Origin: Mobula hypostoma
Lineage: Eukaryota
DNA: 64,000 bases
NCBI RefSeq assembly: GCF_963921235.1
Contig: NC_086108.1
Location: forward strand, 34,350,001 to 34,414,000
Direction: 5' to 3'
The notes under the pieces are model-generated. The model was not told the DNA's origin. It worked only from the letters and a program-made list of their open reading frames with translations, and ran no database searches. This document shows, piece by piece, positions 36,976 to 49,201 of the stretch; within the stretch, counting starts at the first letter, position 1, and every line of letters begins with the position of its first letter. The position numbers and the translations under genes are program-made.

Positions 36976-38529
36976 GGGGTTAAAATTGTAAAGAAACGAA
37001 CAGCGGCTAATTTTACACTCCACCTGGGTCCAGCTCAATTTGTGCATCCATTTTGTTCCTGTGTTTCTGTACATCCCTTAAATATGAAGCACTGTGTATA
37101 CAATTAACTTTTTTCTGTACAGTGAACGTATTCATTCATTCAGCTTTGCCAGTGATCCTCTGACTGTTGCTTAATCATAGATTGAACAATGCAATGGTAA
37201 TGAGTTTCTTGATTACACTGCAGATCATATAAGCTTGTGTTTTATGGATAGATGTAGACAGATTCTGATTTAATAGTGTGGAGTGTAGATACGTGATACC
37301 TTATTCACAGCATAGATGCCAGATGCAGTATTGATTGGCCCTATTCTTTTCTGTGATATACACTGGCAGTCTCAGTTACATTGCTCAATCGTATCATTGT
37401 TTTCATGAAGAAGTGCAGTACTTTTTTGATTATTGGGTTCCAAATGCTCTTGAAATTCCCATACACTTTTCCAAAAATATAGCTGAAGGCTAGACAAGCA
37501 GATGAATGATGGGTCAAAAACTAACAGTTTTTTTAATACATTGTAGACTTGAAAATGGCTTTCAACATTTTTCTGGGGCACGCATCTGTAAATAAATCAT
37601 GAAATTGACCAAACTGAAATTTTGAATCGGTATTGGGTGGATTAGATCAAGAAAGATGTGCTATAATGGAACCAGTGTGCTTCTTGATGGACCACGCTCA
37701 GGTAGCTCAACTGGCTGCACTTACTGCAAGTCAGCCCTTAAAGAGACACTCACGTGGCAGCCGGACACTGCAGAGGCTTTCATAGGAGAGAGAGGTCAAA
37801 GGGCAGACAATCAGAGCTCCACGGTTCGCACAATGCAATTCTGAACTTTTGGTGCAGGAAATAGAAGCTGGGAAGGTGCACTGTGCACTGCGTGACAGGA
37901 GAGCTATTCTGGCCTTAATAAAGGAACATGAAAAACGTCCAAGACAGCAAACATCAGGAATTAACAATCTCCCAAGCTGTGGAGAAATTCGGGGTAAAAT
38001 GTCATGACATTACTACACATACAATGATACCCCCTCTATCTCTCAAAAAATCCCAGAGATTGGATAATAAGATGGTTTCTAAATGTCCTTCACCACCTCC
38101 ATTTGGGTGGAGAGAGTGAGGAATAGAAAGGAGATCCATCATGCACTAATGGACAGAGGAGGATCAAGCTGAGAATAACCAAAGACTAGGGCAATCTGCA
38201 TTCCCTTGCTGTGCTCACTAAATCTTTATTGAGATGATCAGCAGTGAAGATCTTCATTCCATTTTACTCATACAGCATGACAGGAAAAGTTAGAGATTCC
38301 CAAATGCCGGACAGGAGAACATAGAGAAGTGGGAGGAACATAAGAGGACATGGAGGAAGAAGAGGAGTGGGGGAGTGATCATGGAGATGAAGAGCACGGT
38401 GCTTTGACACAGCAAATCCCCTGTTGCTATATGGCACCAGCTCAGAGACCGGCATTGTGAGGCATGAAGAAACTGGATCAAAGGAACGCCTTTCACATAC
38501 AAAGAAAAAGTAGAAAACGGATCATGGAA

Positions 38530-39160
38530 AGTTTTCAACAAAAGCAGCATATGTGGGAAACACCCAGCAGGTCCAGCTGCATCTGTGGGAAGGAAATACA
38601 ATTAACATTTCAGGTTGAAGATTCTACATTAGAACGGGAAAAGGAAGAAAACAGCTTAATCTCAAGTTGCATAGAGGGTGACAGAGGGATGAGCAGAGCA
38701 AGGGGAATATCATTGACAGGGTGAAGTCAGGGTAGTCCCAGGGGCAATTCATAGAGATCATCAAACTGATGAATTAATGGGAGCAGATAGAGACTCAAAG
38801 AATCAACAACAGCTATCAAATGAACTTTACCAGAGAAGGAAAACACAGACAAACAAAAAGTTGCAAAATGCAGAGCTATTGGACCTGCCAGATTTGCTAA
38901 TGTTGAGAGAAAAAGAGTTCATTTAATAGACAGATGATTTTCAGCAGGAACGGCTAGTTCCAGTAGATAGAGTGAAATTGAATTACTTGAAGTTATATGA
39001 TTTTATACTGTGTCCAGGAAGCTATAAAATGCTCAGATGGAAGATGAGATGTATTTCTCAGGCTGATGATGAGCCTCATTATAACAGTGCAGGAGGTCAA
39101 GGTGGAAGTGGCAGTGTAATGATAAATTAAAGAGAGACACAACAGAGAGATCTCAGTGTG
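38530..39160 (-). mobile_element. Old Penelope-like 3' fragment
   Basis: cagcagg..cagctgcatctgtgg tail motif and a degenerate match to 19640-19800. Confidence 0.5.
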
Positions 39161-39289
39161 CACATACAACAGGCATTAGTGGGCTGTATTTTTGTAGGAA
39201 ATCAAAAGCTTGCTAGAAGATGTTCTTTACAGCTGCAAAGGACCCAGATGGAGATCATGATTAGGAAGCTTTCTTCACATCATTCATCA

Positions 39290-40030
39290 ATGGGGCTTAG
39301 TGATTGGATGAGAACATGGCAAATGTGATAACTATGAGGACAAACAATTTAGTGTACCAAACAGTGCACTTTTAACACTGTCATTTTTAAGGGGACCCCA
39401 ATTTCTTTGTGCACAAGTCACTGAAAGCTAATACAGTATTCATGGTTAGCAGGCAATCAGCAGGACAGATGGTATGCTAAATTTTATTGCGAGAGAATTT
39501 GAGCACAGGATTAAAGATACCTTACTATAATTATATGGGACCCTGGCAAGACCACACCTGGAGTGTATTATATACAGTTTTGTTCTTGTTCCCTAAATAG
39601 AGAGAGGAAGTGCAACAAAGATGTATTGGGCTAGTTCCAGGGATGGTCGATTTGCCATATGAGGAGAGATTGTATTGACAAGTCCTATATCCTCTATAAA
39701 GAGGTGATCACATTGAAAAGTGCAACACTCCTCAGGCCTTGGCAGGGTAAATGCAGGGAAAATATTTCCTGTTGCCAAGGAGTCTGCTGTAAAGAGTTTC
39801 TGCCTCAGAATAAGGGAGGGATTATGGACAGGAGAAACTTTGGTGAATGTTTGGAATTCTCTACCCTGGAGGGTTGCGAAGGCTCAGTCTGAGTTCATTC
39901 ATAAGAGGGGTTAATAGGCTTCTGGATCGTGCAGGGACATGGTCTGAGGTGGAAAATCACCTCAGAGCCAGTTTGGATGGCAGAGCAAGCTGAAAAGGCC
40001 AGTGGCCTACTTCTGCTCTCGTTCTTATAA
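39290..40030 (+). mobile_element. Old CR1 3' fragment
   Basis: Degenerate W.RTWQM, A.GML.FIAR..E.R, L.RPHLE coding, ending tggcctacttctgctc. Confidence 0.7.
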
Positions 40031-40077
40031 AGAAAAGGCACAAGATTGTTCAAGTATAAACCAATGAGTTTGAATCT

Positions 40078-40295
40078 TTTTTAATGTATTTTGATACAAC
40101 ATGGAATAGGCCCTTCTGGCACCAAGCCACGCTGCCCAGCAAACCCCCGATTTAATCCTCACCTAATCACAGGACAATGTACAATGACCAATTAACCTAT
40201 CAATTGGTACATCTTTGGACTGTGGGAGGAAACCGGAGCCCCCAGAGGAAACCCACATAGTCACAGGGAGAACGTACAAACTCCTGACAGGCAGC
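40078..40295 (-). mobile_element. V-SINE-like element (HE1-like), partial
   Basis: ggaggaaaccggagcccccagaggaaacccac..gggagaacgtacaaactcc segment; similar to 36786-36975. Confidence 0.7.
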
Positions 40296-40609
40296 ACCTG
40301 TACTGTAATGCATTTTGGTAACCATAATGCTACCATGTATTGGTTATTACAAGCAATTCTGAACAGACAGGCACTGTGCACATGTTTCCTTATTTTGAGT
40401 GAATAATCTTCACCGAGCAGAGTGAGGTCACATTGAAATGCAATGGCTACAGAGCAGACCATGCCTTAATTGTAGCCGATCTGTGATATTAGTGAATTAG
40501 TATGTCTGCAGCTAACTGCTGGAGAAAGAATTCCATTAGTTTTAACACACTGTAGACCATGGAGTTTTGCAATTATCCAGTCAGATCTTCTGATGTTAGT
40601 GGAATTGAG

Positions 40610-41160
40610 GCCTCTTTCTGTCAGGGACGACCATGGACGCTGCATTTTAGCTGTCTAGATATGAAAGCCTGAGCAGCACAATATGGAGAGCCAGCTGTTG
40701 CCCATCTAGCAAGCTCCCCCTCTCCATTCATCTGATGAACCCAAAGGAATAGCAGAGACTGATACAGTTTGGCACCAGCGGCAACTCAGGACTTGCCAGT
40801 CAGCGTTGAACTCAATATAGGACCGCTTTAGGTAGTCCCTCAGGGTTTACTCTCAAAGCCTTCCCCATGAGTGGTTATAGCTGCAAGGCAGCAGAAGTTT
40901 GAGATTAGAGTTTGCCTTCTCCTAGATGAGCTGCCAGCCACAGATGATGAGCCCCATCTGCCCGAAGCTATTGGTTTTAAGGCACCAGTAACTCACCTTT
41001 GCCCCTTCGCCGTTTCTGCCGGCTTTAATAGCTAAGGCACATGTGAAGGCCAGGAGCTGGACTTAGTTGCCAGAAGCTATTAGAGATGCACGCCATTGGG
41101 AGCATTTATTAGGTAGTGGGCACTTGTCCCCATTACCGCCCATGGTTATAACAAACTTAA
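40610..41160. mobile_element. Interspersed repeat, partly similar to the 3' half of the SINE at 18763-19070
   Basis: Shared gaccatgga..., tatgga...ccagc.gttgcccat and actgatacagtttggcaccag blocks. Confidence 0.45.
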
Positions 41161-42073
41161 GGAACCTTAGAGTGTTTCTTTAAAAAGTGTTAAAAACAAG
41201 TGGTGCAATATTCGCTTCGTAATACTGGGCTAGACTATGTACATAAAAAGTATGAACAGCAGTGGACCACCTGGCCTTTTGAGTTTGTTCCATCTTTCAA
41301 TAAGATTGTGGCTGATCTGATTGTAACAATACACTTCCACCTACCTCCACCTCTGCTTAATCAGTATCCATCTACCTCTGCCTTAAAAATATTCACTCTG
41401 CCTGCATTGCTCTTTCAGAAAAGGAATCTTAGCAGAGAAAAAATGTTACCTCTTCTGCCTAAAATGGTGATTCCTTATTTTTAAGTTGACACCCCTAGTT
41501 CAAGAGGAAACATCTTCTCTGCATTCAAGATCATGGTCAAAAATTGCATCTTTGAAACTCAATTTAGCTTGGCAAGGCATTGAGCAAATCATGCCATCAT
41601 TGTGTGGTGCCAGAGAAAAGCCGAGCTTGTTAAATTGCTCAATTTCTGGTTTAAAATGGTGCTGCTGAAACACAGCGACGACTTACTGGCAGCAAACAAG
41701 TCTGCTAACTACTTCATTAATCACAATTCTTCTGGAAAAAAGATCATGGCAATCAGTAGCCTGCAACTTTCATTTTGGAACTGAGCTTTTGGGATGCCTG
41801 AAAACTGAGGTGTTGAAGGTGCAGGACAGGTGCAGCACGACGTGTAAGGGCCATACTGAGGCGGTGTGGCCCAAGCCCAAATGCGTATAGAAGCAGCAGG
41901 GTCTGCGTCCGAGAACAAGAAATGAACCGAGGTTTGGCTGATTTAAGCGCCAGACCAGATCAAAAAGATCAAGGCGTCGGTGCCAGAGGTGAGGGATGGG
42001 CCAGTGTTCAGCTCACTGTTCACTGAGGTTTACTCGTCTCTTCACTTAACTGAGGCTATGGCCTGCAACTAAC

Positions 42074-42571
42074 GCAGACATCCCACCCTGCAAAAACTCA
42101 TTTCACGGAGGTAGCACCGTCAGTTTGTGGGAGACTCCCGGAACTTCCGGGAAAGGTGGGATGTCTGCAATAGAGTAGCTCCTTAACAGCTGGCCAGCTA
42201 GTTTAAATAACGTTAGTTATGCCAATGAACGAATGACAACTGTTAAACTCACCTCAACATGTCTTTTACAGTTTTAACCCACAATGGGCAATAGAAAAGT
42301 CACTGTTGCAAACAGTGCAGCGAGCAACACTCATTATTTTTGACCCCTATTAGGCAGGGCTACACTTTAGTGTAGTCTGGGGTGACATACGTTTTATATT
42401 TTCTTTTTTTGAAACATTCTGCCATGGTGCACTCTCTCTCTCTCTCTCTCTCATTCACTTGATCTAAAAAAAATCGATTTCCAGGATATTGTATATAATT
42501 TGCGGGCATCAGGGAGCCACTATCAATATGTGGGAGTCTCCCAGAACTTCCAGGAGAGGTGTGATGTCTGC
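42074..42571. mobile_element. Non-autonomous DNA-type element with terminal inverted repeats, inserted in a LINE-tail-type repeat (~41780-42815)
   Basis: gcagacatcccacc (42074-42087) is inverted at 42155-42168 and 42558-42571. Flanks are taac and taat. Confidence 0.65.
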
Positions 42572-43178
42572 TAATGGGCTCCTGGATCATCTGGGGCTGG
42601 CTTTGTGGCTGTGAACTCACAAATGTGAACTTTAGTTCTCAACGTTATTTGCTTACCTTTTATTGTTTGCATGATTTGTCCCTTTTTTGTGTACTGTGTT
42701 TTTAAATGAGTTCTTTTGGGTTTCTTTGTTCTGAGGCTACCTGTAAGGAGACGAATCTCAAGACTGTATCTCGTATACCCACTTACGTAATAAATGCACT
42801 TTGAACTTTGAAATTTAAATAACACAGAGGAGTGCTCACACCATTTTTGAGATGAACATGATTTCACCAAGAAATGATCACCAGCACCGTCTCTTTTGGG
42901 TGAGATGGTGCAATTTATGCATAACAAGAGCACTAATTGATCCAAATTCTAGAAACTTAGCCTGCATTAGATCAGTGTATTGCACTGCATTATAAAATGG
43001 GGATAAGTGAAGAATGGTTCTATCAAAGCTGTTCATTGTCCCAGAACTGTACACTTAATTTTAACTGTAAGCTATAGACTTAGGGTTCCACAGTTACTAA
43101 AAATTTACAGAGAAGTTGTGTCGCGTGACAAATGAATGGAAAATACACAAATTCACTAATACCCCAGAAGCACACTAC

Positions 43179-43292
43179 CTGTGATGGAGAGATTCTGGAC
43201 AACTGAATCTTCATGGCAAAATCTTCAATTTTTACATTTCCACCTTGATCATTAAATCTGTCCCCAGGCTTCAGGTCTCGATGTATGATGCC
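43179..43292 (-). pseudogene. Exon, kinase subdomains VIb-VII
   Basis: tttttacag / 114 nt, phase 0-0 / gtagtg. Encodes GIIHRDLKPGDRFNDQGGNVKIEDFAMKIQLSRISPSQ; compare GCN2 [28 protein letters not shown]. Confidence 0.85.
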
Positions 43293-43529
43293 CTGTAAAA
43301 ACAGGAAAATATTGTTACTGTTCAATTGGCTTCTATATATTGATATTATTATTATTAAATTATTATTATTTATTTTATTTCTTACATCTAAGAGAGTAAA
43401 AATCTTTATGTTGCGTCTCCATCGCAATGTACAAGCAATAGAGAGGGAAGTATGGGAGGATATTGCCCAGATGCTAAGATTGTATATGTAATTGTTTGGT
43501 ATACATGTATGTACAGTCAGGTATGCAAT

Positions 43530-43740
43530 CAGATCAATGTGTATTGATCAATCTGATGGCCTGGTGCAAGAAGCTGTCCCAGAGCCTGTTGGTCCAGGCC
43601 TTAATGCTGTGGTACTGTTTGGCAGACAGTAACAGCTGTGACAGTTTGTGGTTGGGGTAGCTGGAGGCCCTGATGATCCTCCGATCCCTTTTTATGCTCC
43701 TGCTGCTGTAGATGTCCTGAATAGAGGAAACTAGTTCTGC
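43530..43740 (-). mobile_element. Rex1-like LINE 3' fragment
   Basis: LLLSAKQYHSIKAWTNRLWDSFLHQAIRLIN. Confidence 0.7.
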
Positions 43741-43806
43741 CATTCATAGGAATGTACAGTATGTATGCATGTATATCAGACTGTTGATAATTTTATAGGA
43801 GCAGGG

Positions 43807-44238
43807 ACCATAAGACCATAAGATATAGGAGAAGTCAGGCATTCGACCCATCGAGTCTGCTCCGCCATTCAATCATGGGCTGACCCAATTCTTCCAGTCA
43901 TCCCCACTCCCCTGCCTTCACCCCTTACCCTTTGATGCCCTGGCTAATCAGGAATTTATCTATCTCTGCCTTAAATGACTTGGCCTCCACAGTCACTCAT
44001 GGCAGCAAATTCCACAGATTTACCACCCTCTGACTAAAGAAATTTCCCTGCATCTCAGTTCTAAATGGACGTTCTTCAATCCTGAAGTCGTGCCCTCTTG
44101 TCCTCGAACCCCCTACCATGGGAAATAGCTTCGCTATGTCTAATCTGTTCAGGCCTTTTAACATTCAGAATGTTTCTATGAGATCCCCCCTCATTCTCCT
44201 GAACTCCAGGGAATACAGCCCAAGAGCTGCCAGATGTT
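43807..44238 (-). mobile_element. CR1 3' fragment
   Basis: (GACCATAA)n tail; similar to 20600-21020. Confidence 0.85.
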
Positions 44239-44364
44239 TCTGCAAGTCAAACATTAGTAACTCAGGACGGGCCTATGCATTGGGAATGTAAGGACATGCA
44301 TTTATAAAGCACCTTTCACAGGCTCAAAATGTCCCGAAATATTTCACTGCTGATGGAATACCTC

Positions 44365-45355
44365 AAAGTTCAAAGTAAAATTTATTATCAGAGTACATAC
44401 AGGTCATCACATACAACCCTGAGGTTCTTTTTCTGCGGCAAACTTAGCAAATCTATAGAGCAGTAACTGTAAACTGTAAACATCAGGAAGTGTTAACTGT
44501 GAACAAACTGTGCCAATGCAAACATAAATAAATAACAATAAATAACCAGCATGAAGTAACAATATAGCTGAGTCCTTAAATGTGTGTGGCTATCCCCTTT
44601 TGTTCAAGAGCCTGATGGTTGAGGAGGAACTGTTCTTGAACCTGGTGGTGCGAGTCCTAAGGTTCTTGTACCTTCTACCTGATGGCAGCAACAATAAAAG
44701 AGCAAGGCCTGGGTGCTGAGGGTCTTTGATGATGGATGCTGCTTTTCTATGGCAAAGTTTCATGTAGATGTGCTCGAAGATTGGGAGGATCTTACCCATG
44801 ATGTACTAGGCCAAATCCACTACCTTTTGTGGGATTTTCCAGTCAAAGGCATTGGCGTTCACATAGCAGGCTGTAATGCATGCAATCAGCACATTTCCAC
44901 CACACATCTACAGAGGTTTGTCAAGGTTTTCAATGACCTGCCAGACTCCCACAGACTCCTAAGGATGTAGAGGCACTGTTGTGCTTTCTTTGCAATAATA
45001 TTTATATGATAAGCCCAGGGAAGTTCCTCTGGGATAGTGAGAGGATCTAAAGTGAAAGGAATTTAAAGTCACTGACCCTTCCACCTCTGATCCTTTTATG
45101 ATTGCTGGCTCATGGACCTCTGGTTTCCCTTTCCTGGTCTACAATCAGATCCTTAGTTTTACTGACATTGAGTGAGAGGTTGTCGTTATTACACCACTCA
45201 GCCAAGTTTTCAATGTCCCTCCTGTATGCGGATTCATCACCATCTTTGATACAGCCCAGAACAGCGGTATCATCAGCAAACTTGTATATGGTGTTGGAGC
45301 TGTACTTAACCACACAGTCACAGGAGTAAAGCGAGTAGAGCAGGGGGCTAAAAAT
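44365..45355 (-). mobile_element. Rex1/Babar-like LINE 3' portion
   Basis: SPLLYSLY..DCV...IYKFADD, LNVSKTK and LLPSGRRY..RTRTTRFKNS. Confidence 0.85.
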
Positions 45356-45584
45356 AGCGCTGGTGAACATCGGCGGCTCTCTGCGGGCTGCAGGAAGTTC
45401 TGAATGTTGTCACTGGTTTTTACTTTGCTGACAAACATGGCACCACTTTGCACACAACAAGATACCACCAACAGTAACTTGTGGGAGAAGTACATTCTTT
45501 CAAAGGTGGCATTCAAACTGGAACATCTCTATCAGAGGCTTGATGAGGCCTTTGTATAGAACCTTGTGCAAAATTCAGAATCTC

Positions 45585-45695
45585 CAACAGTGCTGAACTC
45601 CTCAGTGCTGTACTGGAGTGTCAGTACATTTTAGATGCACTGAGACTCTAATTCATGGCCTCTGGTCTCAGAAGTGACAGAGCTACCACTGAGAG
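45585..45695 (-). mobile_element. Old SINE fragment (SacSINE1/AmnSINE1-like head)
   Basis: ctcagtgctgtactggagtgtcag block. A plus-strand counterpart, ctgacactccagtgctg, lies at 3005-3090. Family name is from recall. Confidence 0.45.
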
Positions 45696-46244
45696 AAGTC
45701 AGGCACTCAGACTGGCTGGTGCAGTGCAGTAATTTGTGGTGCAGTGTAGAAGGACAAAGCAAATCATTGCACTGTGTGAAAAATAAGTCATATAGCTCAA
45801 AATGGCCCAGAACCAGATTAGGAAGGATAAAGTTCATTCTCATTCTGCCACCCATAATGATTTTGTGAATGAGTTTAGAAATGTACCCACTTCGCTTGCC
45901 GGAAATCCATTACCTGTGCATTAACTGTGCTGAGAAGGTTGGTGGGGTTTTTAGATGATGGTCTCATCCAACCATTAAAACAAACATTCCAAGAATGATA
46001 ACACTCTGTTGGAGTAATCCAGCAGGCTGAGCAGCATTTGTAGAGGGGAATGGAATTGCTGGTGTTTCAACTCGGGGACTTGAGACACTGTCTCGACTGT
46101 AAATGTCAGCAATTTCTTTTCTCCCACAGATGCTGCTCGACCTGCTGAGTTCATCCAGGAGAGCATTTTTTGCTCCAGGTTTCAGCTCCTGCTGTCTCTT
46201 GTGATTCCAAGAATGACAATGTGGTAATAAGTGCAATTACTCAG

Positions 46245-46713
46245 GGTACACAGATCTTGGCGTCCATCCTCGGCTTTGCGTGTCACCTGTTGCCGGGGCC
46301 GGGGTCGAAGCGCTCAGCAGAGATGGTGTTCAGTGCTCGGTGTCGAAGAGGTGGGTCAGAGGCTCGGAGTTTTTCAGACGGACTCGGAGTCGGACTGTGA
46401 TCGGATGCTTCCAGGATGCTGCATCAGCAAGTTGGTGGCGCTGGAGGTTTACCATCTGCGTGAGATGATGGGACTTCCGAGAGACTTTGAGACTTTTATT
46501 GTGCCATGGTCTGTTCTCATCAGATTATGGTATTGTTTTGCACTGTTGTAACTATATGTTATAATTACATGGTTTTTGTTAGCTTTTAAGTCAGTTTGTC
46601 ACTTGTTTTCGTGATATCATTCTGGAAAAACATTTTATCATTTCTTAATGTATGCATTACTAAATGACAATAACAGGGGACTGTGTCCTCATAATCATAA
46701 TCATAATCATAAT
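46245..46713 (+). mobile_element. LINE 3'-UTR/SINE-like insertion with an (ATAATC)n tail
   Basis: CpG-retaining body and a tandem hexamer tail at 46690-46713. It abuts the kinase II-IV exon remnant. Confidence 0.55.
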
Positions 46714-46951
46714 TGCTGTCAGTCTGTTGCGCGGACGCCTCACAATCGGAACTCAGAGTCCTCACTCTGCTCAGCCATCACTGTGCAATCCAGTTCCTCA
46801 ATCCAAGCATCGTGATAGCGCACAACACTCCTGCGGCTTAGCTTCGAAGGAACCTTCACCTCAGTCAGAAAGGAACTTCCAGCTCACTTCCTATCGTGCA
46901 ACAAGTGGATGCACTTCAGTGCATCGACTTTCTCCTCAAGGCTGCAGGTGC
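46714..46951 (-). pseudogene. Exon remnant, kinase subdomains II-IV
   Basis: Acceptor tttctcttag, then TCSLEEKVDALKCIHLLHDRK*AGSSFLTEVKVPSKLSRRSVVRYHDAWIEE. Compare GCN2 NKLDGCCYAVKRIPI...GEVTLLSRLHHENIVRYYNAWIE. In-frame TGA at 46884-46886. Confidence 0.85.
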
Positions 46952-47169
46952 CTAAGAGAAACTAAATGAACCATTGGTGGTTATGTACAGAATTGCTAAT
47001 GGGAAGGGGCAATTCGAGAGCAATGATCTACTGCAAGCCACCAAATCGTACAAAGAAATTTTCCAAACTGAACCACACTGCGATGTGAATGTGAAAAAGC
47101 AAGGCCTCTTTCCACCTGCCAACTAGATTAAAGAAAGTTGCTTTCCCCCCATGACCCTCACCGATTTCT

Positions 47170-49122
47170 TATTGATGCATTGTAGAAAGCATCCGATCCA
47201 GATGCACCATGGCTTGGCATGGCAACTGCTCTGCCTGTGACCACAAGAAACTGCAAAGTGTTGTGGACACTGCTCAGAACATTACAGAAACCATCCTTCC
47301 CTCCATGGTCTTTGTCTATACTTCCTGCTGCCTCCATGAGGTAGCTAACATAATCAATGACAACATAATTATATAGGAAGGAGACTGAAAATCTGTTTGA
47401 AAGGTGCCACAAGGACTACCTCTCATTTAACGTCAGCAAAACTGAAGAGCAGATTATTGACTAGAAGAGGAGGAAATAGGAGGTCCATGAGCCAAGCCTC
47501 CTTAAGGTATGAGAGTTGGAGAAGGTCAGTAACTTTAAATTCCTCGGTGTTATCATTTCAGACGGTTTGCATGTTGGGACTAGCATGTAAGTGCCATACC
47601 AAGAAGGCATGGCAGCAACTCTACTTTCTTAGAAATTTGCACAGATTCAGCCTGTCATTGAAAACCTTGACAAACTTCTATTGATGCACAGTGGAGAGTC
47701 TCTTGACTGGATGTTTTCTATGTTTCTATGTTTCAATCATGACCTGGTATGGAAACACCAATGCCCAAGAATGGAAAAGTCTACAAATGCAGCCCAGAAC
47801 ATCACAGGAAAAGCCCTCCCCACCATTGAGCACATCACATGGAGCACAGCCACAGGAAAACAGCATCCATCATCAACAGCCCTCACTATCCAGGCCATAC
47901 TCGCTTCTTGCTGCTGCAATCAGGAATGAGGTACCGGAGCCTTGGATCCCATACGTCCAGGTTCAGGACTCTATAACTCATGTCCTCAGTGTTATTTATT
48001 CACTTACTTATTTATTTATTATTATATTTTTAATTTGCTTTTGCACTGTTGGGTTTTTTTTTGCACATTGATTGTCAATCTTAGTATGTAGATTTTAATT
48101 GATTCTGTTGCATTTCTGTTCTACTGTGAATGCCTTCAAAACATTAATCTGAAGATAGCATATGGTGATGTATATGTAGTATATGTATATGGTATATATA
48201 GTACGTAGCACATGGACTTTGAACTTTGACCCACTCCATATATTCTCCCTTCTCCCCCTTCCATTGTGTAGAAGATAGGAAAGCCCGAAAGCATGTATCA
48301 TGAGGCTTATCGACAGCTTCTACCCAACTTCTCTGAGACAATTAAACTGTTTTTGAGAATAAGATGGGCTCTCGACCTCAAAATCTACCTCATTATGATC
48401 TTGCACCTTATTATTTACCCGCAACACCACAAAGATAATTAACAATATATTTTCTCTGAAGCTGTTACACTTTATTCAGCATCTGTTATTGTTTTATCTT
48501 GTTCTATCTCAACGCTATGTGTAATGAATTGATCTTTACGAACAGTATGCAAGACAAGCTCTTCACTGTACATCGGTATGCGACAGTAATAATAAGACAA
48601 CCAAACAACAATAAACTTATGTCCTCCATTTAATGCCAGTTCTACCAGTCTGTTGTTGCCAGTACAATCTTCTACGTGGTGGTGTGCTGAGGCAATGGCA
48701 TCAACACAGGTGATGCCCACAGGCTCAATAAACTGATTCGAAAACCTGGCTCTATTATTGGAGTCAAACTGGACACACTGGAGGCTGTGCTAAAACAAAG
48801 GACCCTATTTTGGCAATTCTGGACAACGTTTCCCACCCTCTGCGTGCCAATTTGACTGAACGGAGGAGCACTTTTAGTGATAGACTAAGACAACTGCACT
48901 GCTCCAAAGAGTGCTTTACGAGGTCATTCTTACCCTCGGCCATTAGGCTCTATAGTGAGTCAACTTATACCAGGGAAGTGATGACCCCCTACTGTTAGAC
49001 TGTTTGAAGCAACTTTTTTTTTATTCTTTCTACTTCTCTTCTAATATTTATATCTGTGCATTTGTAATGCTGCTGTGACACTGTAATTTCCTTTGGGATC
49101 TATAAAATATCTATCTATCTAA
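47170..49122 (+). mobile_element. Cluster of Rex1-like LINE 3' fragments
   Basis: KKAWQQLYFLRNL..L.NFY, ESLLTGC, and AILDNVSHPL..FTRSFLPSAIRLY; ttgaactttga and (TATC)n tails. Confidence 0.75.
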
Positions 49123-49201
49123 TAACAACACCTGTTGCTGAAAAAAACTTTCAGCAGAAATGAAAATAATCACAAAGATGAATTTTCAACTCATAATTTC
49201 A

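Noticed and set aside
37726..37778. 52-nt AG..GTAAGT segment on minus
   Set aside because: Splice-like ends, but stops in the expected frame and no convincing homology.
44295..44360. Minus-strand IFRDIL resembling GCN2 LFREIL
   Set aside because: It lies in the same SINE-tail-like sequence (catttataaagcacctttcac..gtcccgaa) and is too short to support.
45365..45450. Candidate MEYCEK-type exon (FVSK..SDNIQNFL.....R)
   Set aside because: The position fits but there are few identities and no clear acceptor; not called without an alignment score.
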